Shown in pieces: positions 38,652 through 50,000 of a stretch of DNA of 64,000 nt. How positions within the stretch are numbered: position 1 is the first letter of the stretch; each line of letters opens with the position of its first letter. The notes beneath the pieces are model-generated. The model saw nothing but the letters and a program-made list of their open reading frames with translations, searched no databases and was not told the DNA's origin. Source of the DNA: Cenococcum geophilum (taxonomy: Eukaryota); assembly GCA_050273025.1 (NCBI GenBank), contig CP158635.1, positions 23,560,001-23,624,000 on the forward strand. The letters are read 5' to 3'. The position numbers and the translations under genes are program-made.

Positions 38652-39950
38652 TTACTCGATTGGGGGAAAGCCAACAAAGGTCCATTCAGGCTCGGGAAAT
38701 GGTTCTCTTGTTGGACAATCTGGGGCTGAGTCAGAACTTGAGTCTAAAGTGCGGGAAGTGAAGGCGCTCAATGAGCCAGGCTTGCTTACTCCTTGATGGT
38801 TCTCTTTTTGATCTGTTTCTTTAACGGATGCCTTTCCCCACTTTGGAAAATGAGTGTGTAAATGGAAAGGACAAAGGGGATTAGGGCGGTATTCCGCAAA
38901 GTCATACAAGCCGTCATCTGAGGCTTCGAAGACGATATCGTCCAGAATGTTATCTTGATCAGACTCTCGCCTTATAGTCGTCTCAATGTCCTCGGAATCA
39001 GAGCTTGCATCAGATTCAGAATCTTGCTCAATATCATCGTCCGAATCGGACGTGTCGATAAGCTCTTCCTCATGCCCTCTTCTTTGGTTTGTAGAATCAA
39101 GATCCGATACCCCGAATCCAAAAAAATCACCAATCTTCTTCCGTCGAGAGGCGTTCTTCTCCCCGCGAGACAGCCTGCGCTCACGGTTGTAATACCCCAG
39201 ATCATTCATAAAACTTGTGTTTTGCCAGCCATCTCCAGTCGGGTTAGAGTAAAGCCCAGGCTTGTACTCCTGGTTCTTCCTGGTCCAGTAGGCTTGAGGA
39301 CGATACTGCGATTCCGGCCGGTGTTGCTGGAAGGGATGGAACATAACTCTTTGCTTTTTACTCTGTTTTTTCTTTTTCGCGCCCTCCTTTGCCGACTCCG
39401 TCTCAGGTATTCCAGGCTCGGCGGCGGCAGCGGCGTCCGCCGCATCCCGAGCCAGTTTAAGTGCAGCAGAAGAAGAGTGGCACTTAGAGGTATCTACACC
39501 AGGGTTCCTTTTGTCCCACTTCGTCTCGCAGCTGACCCACTTCTCGAACCTGATGACATCGTTGGCTAATGTTAGTCTTCGCTGGCGAAGCTTGGTTCGG
39601 ATACGATTAAATTCATTGCCCCTAGTTTTCTGATTCTCAATATGCTCATCGAATACCTCTTTAATACATTTGAAGTTTTCGAGGTCTTCTTTTATAACGC
39701 AAGGGGGACAATAGCGCAACACTTGCGTTAGTGAACCTGGGTGTAAAATGTGCTCACACTTTTCTGCGTGCGAAAATTTTACGAGGAGCAACCGCGGTGC
39801 GCTATCCGTGCCTAGGGTGTGACTAGATATCTCAGCATTGCGGGGATCCATCATTGAGTTCTGTTGAAGTTGTTCCTGGATCGATGAATTTCCGGCTTGA
39901 GAGTTTCCGGGTTCCTGTTGCTTGCCTTTCTGGACAGAATCTTCAACCAT
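38652..39950 (-). CDS. Hypothetical protein (Cys/His cluster, basic and acidic tracts)
   Basis: 432-aa ORF starting with ATG, normal GC, between two RIP blocks; CEHILH..CPPC motif, KKKKQSKK, acidic DSDDDIEQDSESD. An overlapping ORF at 38297-38677 may be a frameshifted C-terminus. Confidence 0.65.
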   Translation of the reverse strand: MVEDSVQKGKQQEPGNSQAGNSSIQEQLQQNSMMDPRNAEISSHTLGTDSAPRLLLVKFSHAEKCEHILHPGSLTQVLRYCPPCVIKEDLENFKCIKEVFDEHIENQKTRGNEFNRIRTKLRQRRLTLANDVIRFEKWVSCETKWDKRNPGVDTSKCHSSSAALKLARDAADAAAAAEPGIPETESAKEGAKKKKQSKKQRVMFHPFQQHRPESQYRPQAYWTRKNQEYKPGLYSNPTGDGWQNTSFMNDLGYYNRERRLSRGEKNASRRKKIGDFFGFGVSDLDSTNQRRGHEEELIDTSDSDDDIEQDSESDASSDSEDIETTIRRESDQDNILDDIVFEASDDGLYDFAEYRPNPLCPFHLHTHFPKWGKASVKETDQKENHQGVSKPGSLSAFTSRTLDSSSDSAPDCPTREPFPEPEWTFVGFPPIE

Positions 39951-41607
39951 ATTTAGATCTAGAAAAGGAAAATATGAAAGAAGAGTCTAGGATAATCGGG
40001 CTTGCTGATTTATCGATTAGTTGAGTCTGGTGAATTGCGATGTGGAATCAGTTACCAGTGAAACAACAAGCTCCGTGAATTCCCCAGCTTCCGTAATATT
40101 GATTTGCGGGGAAATATTAGCTCTTATATGCTGCGACGAGTGTCTTCACAATACAGCTGAGTCTTCGGAGCTTATAAACAATGCGCGGCTCAAGTTTCAT
40201 GTAGCAGTGCTGATGACCTGGACAGACTGAACAATGCTGGTCGTAATACTTGTAGTATTATGAAACAGGGAAATAAAGAAACGAGCCTGTGAGGAATATT
40301 GGGGGGTGCAGTATGAACAACGCTTTGTGAGAATATCACGGGTACGTGAACGAGAGTGTCAATGCGGGCTGTTTCTCGATTTCTGGATCAGTAAAATACT
40401 CTGATAGAGGCTGATATCTTAAACATACGGAGGAGCAGAGCGCTAGCCCAAGCACGAAGGCAGATGCTTTTGGCTCCATTTCGGTGAACTTAAAAGCCGG
40501 AGCCAAATAATGTCTAATCCTTTGAGACGCTCAGAAGTGGAAACGAAGATAATAGTTGGGAGATCCCATCAAATGGGGGTTGGAAGCATATTTCGCAGTT
40601 GTCTGGTTCCGGTCTTCCGGTAAGGTGAGAGTTACGTGCAGTGAAGATAGTGAAAGGAAGCACCCCATTTTACCACCGATTAAGATAAGGATGTAGAAGT
40701 CAGTGCCGCCTCGTGCACGGTCCTTATGCACGAGGTGGCAGACTTCTAAGCGAGGATCCGTGCAAACTTTGCCAAAACATCCTGGAACATTAAAAGCGAT
40801 TAGTCGGTTGCAAAACGAATGAGAATCCTTGGCATGCAGATCCCCAATTTTTGCACCCAACCCAACGTGTAAAACCGTGAGATAGCCCATTTCCACGTTA
40901 AACGCGCCTTATTGTCCATACAACGTCCCTGCCGTCAGTCAGTAAGTTAAAGCCAACGTCGCCCTGCTATTCGCCCTATCTTAACGCGTTTCCTAGTGTT
41001 GTAGTGCCTTATATTAACCCTACTCATCGCGCGGATATAGTCCGTCTGCTTAAATTAGGTTGGCGGCTAGATACTATTATAGAACAGCTACACGTTAGTC
41101 AAACTACTATATACAAAATCAAACATTACCTTATATAATATGGCTAGCCTATTAGGCCTTATATACAAAAGACTGGCCAGCTAAAGGTATTAACGAGAGC
41201 TAATAATATAACGGAGCCTTGTAGCAAGAACTACGGTAGACTCGTTAATAGGCTAGGTGTGTAGGTAATACAGGAAGTCAATAACGTAATAATAACTAGT
41301 GGAGTAGTTGCTTAACAGATTAACTCTAATTATATTCTAAGAATTACTATAAGGAAGGAACTATTTAGGTAGGGACTGCGGGTCCTTAAATACATATCCG
41401 TACTCCTAAGAAATCCTTCTTATACATAAGGTACGTATTATACATATTATACGTAAACGTACACTATATATACTGCGTATACCGCGTATAATATTATATA
41501 ACTTACTTACTATTCTTCATTATATGGTTTTATTAGCTCTATCCTAAACCGTACTCTTATTAACTAACTAGCTTCTTCTAATTTTTCTCTAAGTAGTTAT
41601 AATATTA

Positions 41608-42635
41608 GGCCGTCGAAAACGGACTCTGCACCTATACGTGGTGACGGCTACGAACCTAGGTCTTTAAAGTTCAGACTTAGAGCCAACGCAGAGACATCGT
41701 ATAGCGTGCGATAGGACCTAGTGGTCGTAGTTGTAAGCGTTATAGGCGGTGGTAAAATTTTTTTAGATAGTGAGATCTTAAAAACTACTACTATGGCCCT
41801 CTATAATTTAGCTACGCTATTCTCCTATTAAGGCACCTATATAATCCAACGTGGATATATAGCATTTAATAGCATCCCCTAACCCCTAATAGAAAGTATT
41901 AACGACCTCTTATATTAACGAATGAGCGATCGCGAACGAATAAGTAGACGAATGAGTAAATATACGGCCCCTCCTAACCCCTAGGGCGATCGCCCGCGGA
42001 GCATGCGGTTACTCGCCGTTTTTTCTACCAAATACTACCTAGTAGCCTGGATTGCGACCTACGGTTTTCCCTATCTTCTTTTAACGGAGTGGTAACCCTT
42101 AGAAAGGGCCTAGCTGGGGCCTAGGCATAAAAGATACCTAAATACAATATAATATCCCGCTCGCTTATTAGTATTACGGTGGTTAAAATAGATAAATCCC
42201 CCTTATGCCTTTAATAGGCCCTAGGGGGGGGAAGGTATAGCGTATATGGCAATAGTTAGACAAGAAATAGTATATAGGGGATGGCTAAGATATAGGAAAC
42301 AGTAGTACGGCAATTAATTGGTAAGGCCTAGCTGGGACGTAGTGAACCCTAGCTAGGGTAAGCTAAAGAAGGAAGTAGTGGTTTCTAAGAAGTTTAAATA
42401 TCTAAGGAGGATAGGACGTAGCCGTAGACCCGCAGGGCCGCCGCTATGGACGGACATGGCAAATTGGGGTTTTTTATCCTACTGAGGTGGCTTATAGGGT
42501 TTTTCCTCCCCCCTAGCAGCAAGGGTTTTTTCCCGTTAATATTACTTTTCCCTTATATACGGAGTAGTCTGCGTGGGGCTAGATAGCATCCGTATTAGAC
42601 GTTAATTAAAGAATTATTATTATTATTATTATTAT
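41608..42635 (+). mobile_element. Non-LTR retroposon (SINE-like or 5'-truncated LINE) inserted in the LTR of element A
   Basis: 14-bp TSD TAGTTATAATATTA (41594-41607, 42636-42649); 3' (ATT)n tail at ~42613-42635; the LTR sequence resumes exactly after the TSD. Confidence 0.85.
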
Positions 42636-42777
42636 TAGTTATAATATTATACTTAAAGCGTCCATAATACTATCTCCCTCCTCTTTATTTTTGTCCTTAA
42701 AGATTCCTAGTATCTCTAAGTTATTTATTAGAGGTATAATATCCGTCTAATTAATTTAGTTAATATTATTACTTATT

Positions 42778-43450
42778 ATACCTAAAGCCTCTCCTTCTTT
42801 ATAAGCGCAACGTTGTGCTCGCACTATTGCTACTATATTATTACTTAGTGAGATAATATTATCTCCGTGTTCTCGTTATATAAAAGAGGGGTTAGTTTAT
42901 ATTACGCTAATAAGTCCCTTATCCTAACAACCCTCTTCTTATTTAAAGTGCACTAGAGTAAATATCTAATTATCTTATAATATTCGCTCTGTTTTTAACA
43001 CTAAGTGTATATATTTTATTACTTTTAATAGTCTCTAAGTTCCCTAAGTAATTTATTTTAGGGTTTTATATTTAATTTACTACTGTAAAGCTTAAGTCTA
43101 AGTTGGCCGCAGCGCGCGCTAAACTTTATTAATCCGCCAAGGAAACCGCTTAGGCCCTTAAGGTTTAATGTCGCTCCTTTAAGTCCTAGTAGGTTACGTT
43201 TACTCGGTTAACTTATCTTAAGAAAGTATATAAGAAGGTTTGTTTTAAGGAGTAGAATCTTATAAAATAAGGTTTATAGGAACTTAGTAATAAAAGAATG
43301 GATTCTCTTCTAATAGGGCAGAAAATAACTCTAAGTACCTTAGTAGGTACTCCTCCTGGGTCCCCCTTAGGTGACTTATTTTTTAGTAATCCTTCTTTAT
43401 TAATACTGCCTAACCTTTTCTCTTTTAATACTTCTATACCTTTCCTATAG
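42778..43450 (+). pseudogene. Antisense Zn-cluster/coiled-coil accessory gene of element A (RIPed), intron 43007-43061
   Basis: Colinear with the copy in element C: (M)PKAS..PCSR(C)IKEGLV(C)..S(C)LKCTRVNI..; same 55-nt GT..AG intron position. Confidence 0.7.
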
Positions 43451-44784
43451 TATTCTTTAAATTCTCTAATAGCTCTTAGGTAGTCTTATTATAGCCTATC
43501 TACTTTACTTTATACTATATTTTATTATTAACGTCTTTATAGCTAATAATCTTTAAAACTTGCTATTTATCTTCCTTCTATTCTCTATATGTGTCTACTT
43601 TATAAACTAGTGGCTTAACATTCCTATATGCTAGCTTTAGTATCGCGATATACTATATAGGGTAGATCTTTATCTTAGCTAGTAGGTTTAACTTAAATAT
43701 AACTAGTAAAATTCTTTATGTAATTTTAAAAGGTCCTAGTCTAATTTTTTACTTAGTTGTTAACTCTTAAAATTTTTATATAGTAGCTATACTTTATCTC
43801 CCTCCTTAAGATCTAGTCCCTTAGATCTCTTAGCATTATAGTACTTTTTTATTCTCTACTATACCACCTTAGCTGTTTCCGTAAGGTTTATATAAAGATT
43901 TATTAGTATCTCTATTCTTTCTTTAGCTATACTACTTATTTTCTTTACTTAATATAGTAATAATAATGTTCTTAGCTTATACCTATAATTCGCCTTAAAT
44001 AGTAATATTCCTATTTCTTCTTAGGGTGTTATATTATATATAAACTATATAACTAGTAATAATAATACCTAATTATTCTATATATAATTAATATAGTGTC
44101 TTAAATACTACTTTAGTATTTAATTTAATCTTTCCATTTAACTGTTTATCTACGGATAATATACGGTAGAAGTTACTACTTAAACCCCCTATTCTGCTAA
44201 GAATACCTCCTAAAATGCTGCTATAAATCTTAGATCTCTATCCGATATAATCTTACTTAATACTCTATATTTTATAAATACTTCTTTAATATAGATTCTA
44301 GCGATATTTTCTACTAAGATTTCTTCTATATATGCTATAAAGTATCCCCACTTTATTAGCTTGTCTACTATTACTAAAATTACGTTATAATCTTACCCGG
44401 TAATAGGATCTCTTAATTTTAGTAACTTTATAATAAAGTCCTATAATATAACCTCCTATAGTCTCTTTAGTATTTTAATAGGTTATAGCCCTCTATATAG
44501 CTTATACCTTATTAGTTTATTTCTTTAGTAATTTAAATATTTCTTAATAACTTGTCTTACTAGTCCCTAGATTTTATTAATAATATACTCCTTTTAGAGT
44601 CTTAATACTAAGCCTATAGCTCTATTGTGTCCTTAAGTTAGTCCCTTATAGAATAACTTAATAAATTCTCTTATAATATTTCTTAGTATATATATTACTT
44701 CTTAGTTCTTATACTATTTTAAGTTTAGATTCTTTACCTATATATCTTAGATTTTTTATAACTAATTACTCTCTAGTAATTTAT

Positions 44785-45085
44785 CCCTTGACCCGTCAGG
44801 GCGAGCAGAGGGGAAGGCCCGTGCGCGAACACCAGAATCAGAACAACGCGTAGAATTCAACCATCAAATACACCACCACCATGCCTTCTAATCACGCTAG
44901 AATTGATGCAGATCTTGTTCAGAAGACTCAATATAAGATTCACCCAAATAAGACGGCGAAAAAACCCCCCTCGAAGCCTTGGCCACTCCCCGAATTTTGT
45001 ATTCCTGAGCACGGCTACCAAAGGTACTGATCTGATTGGTGTGCTCTTATCGATAACCTGCGTGCCCAAGTTGACGGGTTAAGGG
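44785..45085. mobile_element. MITE, 301 bp, with 14-bp TIRs
   Basis: CCCTTGACCCGTCA ... TGACGGGTTAAGGG (1 mismatch); AT on both flanks; interior retains CpA/TpG, unlike the RIPed host pol. Confidence 0.85.
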
Positions 45086-47080
45086 ATAGGTCTAACTAAT
45101 TTCTCTTATTACTGCGATTTTTAGGTAATTATATCTAATTAATCTGTTTATATCTTTTTATAGTAAAGCCCCTAATAGCTTTTTATTATTTTATAGTTTA
45201 GCTTTTTTACTTAAAGTATCTACTCGTGTATTATCTATACCCTTAGTATACTAAATTTTAAAATAGTATTTTATAAGCATTTCTGCCTATCTAACTTATC
45301 TCTAATTAAGTTCTTTTATTATTAGGAACCCTGTTAGGTTCTTATAATCCATCTTAACTATAAATAGCTTTTCTATACCTTATAAGAATGCTCTCTATTT
45401 TTAAAGTGCTATAACTATACCTAATAACTCCTTATTATAAATATTATAGTTTAGTTCTAATAGTATTATCTTCTAACTATAGTATACTACTAGGTGCTAT
45501 CCGTCTTTATATTTCTATAGGAAGTACGCCCCTAGTATAAAGTCTAATATATCTATTTTAACCACTATCTCTAGTTTTAGTTAGTAGATTTTAAGGATTA
45601 GGTCTTAAGTAAACAACTCCTTAACCTCCTTAAATAGTTTCCTTTATTCTTCTTCCTATACTTAAGGTTTTTCTTTCTTTATTAACCTTATAAATGGCTT
45701 AATATCTTTTAACTATTAAGCTATAAACCTTCTGTAGTAATTGCAAAACCTTAAAAACAACCTTAACTATATAATATTCTCTAGTTCTTGCCAATTTACT
45801 ATAGCCTTAATCTTCTTTAGATTTATACTAAGTTAGCCTAGTTTAATAATAAATCTAACAAAATCTATCTTTTTAGTAAAGAACTTATATTTCTTAATTA
45901 CTACTAGTATCTGCTCCTTTTATAGTCTTTTTAAGACCTATTTAATGTATTCTCCGTACTCTTCCTTACTTATTAAGTAGATAATAATATTATTAAGGTA
46001 TATGTAACGGAATCCCCTAAAAGGTACATATCAGATAAGACAGTAGGAGGTTTTATTAGTGTCCTGCCTACGTCCTATATATATTCCAGATATATTCTAG
46101 AGGAGATATAATTAGGTAAATAAGGGCGAAAGGTTTTATTAGTGTCTTAGAAGGTTTATATAGAAAGCTAGTTCTCCTCTAGAGAAGAACTAGCAATTAG
46201 TCTCTAAATAGAAGAGGTTAGAAAGCTTTTATCCTTTATATATAAAGATTATTCTACCTTAACTTATCTTCTACTTACCGGTAACTCTTATTCTATACTA
46301 TTAATTAGATAATTATACGTTCCGGTTAGACTAGCCTCTTATAATTCTAATTGCTCTTAATCCTTTACGGAAGGAACGTACGGCTATTAATCGACGATAA
46401 CGGGCCATATCTCCTTACCCCCTAAAACGACGCCCCTACCGCAAGAGGCTTAGAGAGTCTCCCCAGAGGAGCGCATTCCCTCTTCCTATAAAGAAGCCAC
46501 GGCTAGTCCGTCTAACCTTACAAGACCTTTAGAAATGATTACCACTAGGGAGTTATTAGAGTAGTCGCTATGTAAGACCTTATAAAAAATAAAGGAGTTA
46601 GAGATATAATTAAGATAAGTATATTAAGACTATTAAGAACAATTATAAGGACAATTAGGGGAAGTATAAATACCCTAGACATAAAGCGGACTTAAAGGAG
46701 TAACACTATACTACGCTATAATATTAAAAAAACCTAAATTCCGCATAAAGGAACCTAATAAGTACTATAGTAATAGTCTCCGGAACTATAATTATTTTAT
46801 CCGTTAATATAAAACTAAGTTTTGGCTGGATCCAAAATAATACTCTAATAAGTATAATCAGACACTAATTGCTTCTACCTTTCTATATAGCACCGTTAAG
46901 AGTTTATAGACACGTTATAAGAAGAAACTTACTATACCCCTTAAATTCAGCGAACTTAAGTCCTAGTTGGTTAATTAGGTCCAAAACCCTACTAATTAAG
47001 GGATAGATTATAACTAGTAATACTATAACGCTAAACAGCAAGAAGGCTAGAGTGTAGTCTAGTTTATAAACTACTTAAAA

Positions 47081-50000
47081 TGTTACGGACGCTTTAAGTA
47101 CGATATTATAACTACTTGGAGAGGAGTTGGAAGAAGCTAGTTGGTTGATATAAGCACGGTCTAGGATAGAACCCGTGGAACCATGTGACGAGGAATGGTA
47201 AGCAGAGTTACGTGATGTAATCTGTATAATCTGTATAATCTATAAAATCTATTACAGAGCGAATAGAGTAGATAGAGTGGATGGAGCAATGACTTTCCTA
47301 GAAGTACAGCTATGTATTTAAGGACCCTTAGTCCCTACCTAGATAGTTCCTTCCTTATAGTAATTCTCAGAATATAATTAGAGTTAATCTATTGGGCAAC
47401 TACTCCACCAGTTATTATTACGTTGTTAACTTTTATACTTGCATTTCCTACACACCTAGCCCAATAACGAGCCTATTGTAGTTCTTGCTACAAGGTTCCG
47501 TTACACAATTACTACCTAGTTACAGTATTAATATAAGAAGTTAAACAACATGCTACCAAAAGCAGCCACTATAACGCCATTAACAGTAGCAACTACTTTA
47601 AGGACAGGAGGTGATACCAGTATAGCAGATACTAACTTATAGCAACCTATAATGGTCGGACAGTTATAGAAGATAGTTAACTAGCTAATAGCTAATAATA
47701 TAGTATTGGAAGAAAGACTTAACGGAATAGGAGCAGCAAAGATTAAGCTATTATTAATTAAGAGATTTATAGAAGAGAGGTTAAAGCTCAAAGGATTCCT
47801 TACGCAGATGTACTTTAAGGTCTTATAAGAGGGAGTAAAGTTACCTACACCCATAGATCGGATAGCCTACGTAGGACTATTCTTATTAGGAAAAGTACTT
47901 AAGTGGTTTAAACCTTACCTTACGAAGATATAGGTAAACGGAATAATAACCGCTAACTAAGACGTGCAATTTATATTCTTAAGTTAGGAAGGATTCGCAG
48001 AATAACTTACGCAGATATTTAGAAACCCAGAAGAAACAACTATAGCAGAAAGAAAACTCCAGAACCTTGTATAACGAACTTTAGCAATTAAGTATACAAC
48101 ATAGTTCCAGACACTAGCAATATAAGTAAAGTAGAATAATAGGGCGCTTATAGCACAGTACAAACAGGGACTTAAGGCTAAAGTCCAGGACGTAATTATC
48201 CTAATGGAAGATACGGACACCCTAAGGAAATTAATAGATTAAGCGATTAAGATTAATAATAGGATCTTCTAAAGGGAACAGGCTAAGAGAGGCTAGGATA
48301 GAGTTCCACAGTCGTATAAGGCGCAGAGTATATAACGACAAAAGCTAAGTCAGAAACTATAGTATAGCGCAGAGCCAATAAACCTAAGTAGTACCAAAAA
48401 AGCCTATAAGAGATAGAGCAAACTATAGAAACCTAGAGGACAAGGATTAAGTAATCAAAGGTCCAAAGAGCAGAGGCCAAATTAGGGATTTTAACAGTAG
48501 AAGATATTTAGGCGGACTCCACAGCAAGAGAAATGGTTTAAAGAAGGAGCTTATATAAATTACGGAAAACAGGGTCATTATGTTAAAGACTATAGAAGTG
48601 GGCAGAGTTACTATATAGTAAAGGGTACGAGACTAGCAAACGATATATACGTATAAAGGGACAACAATATACTACAAGGAACAAAAGAGTATTTAATTAA
48701 AAGTTTTGCGTTTTGTTACAATAACGTATACCAAATTTATAAGAACGCTAAGTACGGCGCAAGCTATTAGCTATAAGAGCCAGCACCTACAGAATATAGA
48801 GAAACCAATAAACCAGTTTGTAGATCGGATATTAAGGACAATAAATTCAACCTAGGCGAAACATTCCGTAACAATAAGGCAATAAGGGCCGCTTACTAGG
48901 AGTGAGCAGACCTTAGAGATATTATACTAAAGGTAAAGGATAATTCCATTACAGAATAAGGAACATTAGTAGGGATTAAAACCCCACTAGATACGATGTC
49001 TATCGCTTTATAAAACGCAAGAGAAGTAGGATAGCGAACCACTTCGGCACTTGATAAAGGTAAAAGGCCAAAGGCTTAAGATTCTTACAGCGAGATAAAA
49101 AATAACTAAGATTTTTAAAATAAGATAAGGCATACCTAAGGACCTATAATAGACAAAAACCGATGGAGTAGGGTAGTAGCTTAGTTCAGAACTATATAAA
49201 TGAGCTTAGGATAGAGTTTCCTATAGGCACAAGACTCTTAAAACAAGATAAGTGAGATTTAAGACTTTTAAGACGAGATAAGAACACTATAAACGCCTAG
49301 TTAGACTAAGGCGGGGGCTAAGCTTAAGTTAGAAGCAAGCTTAGGATTAAAGAATCTAAGGGATTAAGATTTTAGAGTATAAATAAGGGCACCTATAGGT
49401 AAGAGGTAAGGAGCTTCTTTATAGATTAAAGAATCTGCAGTATAAATAGCAACTAGACTAGGAGACAGATATATGGACCTAGAAGACTTACTAGGGGAAC
49501 ATAGTGTTTAGCCTAAAGATTAAAAAGTCAATACTAAGATCAAGAAGCATAAAGACTTTAAGGATCTACTTGTAAAACGCGATGTAAAAAAAACCATGGA
49601 GAAGTTTAGGGCAAGAATTACCTTATAGTAAGAGCAGAAACTAGATAAGAGATCTAGCATATTGGGACGTATAAAGGACAGAGCACTAGTATAAAGAATC
49701 ACTAATAGGCCAAGAGCAGGCACACTAAAAGCTAAGTAGCTTACTAAACTGGAAAGTAAAGAGAATTTAGGGATTCTAACTAGGTTTAAAGAACGACACA
49801 CTAAGGGCTATTATAATGCAGTAATAAGAAGATACTTTCTTACGGATAGACCGTATATACTTTAGTAGCTATACTAAAAGTAGTATAAACAAAGGCATAA
49901 TAATAAGTGGGAAGATTTCTATATATAGTTAGATAAAAAAGTTATCCAGAACTACCTAATTATAAAGAAGGCCATAACGCATATTAAAGGAGCCTTAATT

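Larger units (their letters stand above)
41207..46002 (-). mobile_element. Ty3/Gypsy chromovirus A (3' half: RT part, RNase H, integrase, chromodomain, 3' LTR 41207-42669), RIPed; related to element C
   Basis: Reverse-complement match to 51580-55031. PPT revcomp CTATCTCCCTCCTCT at 42670. Truncated at 46002 right at the RT YLDD codons (now YLNN) by insertion of element B. Confidence 0.9.
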
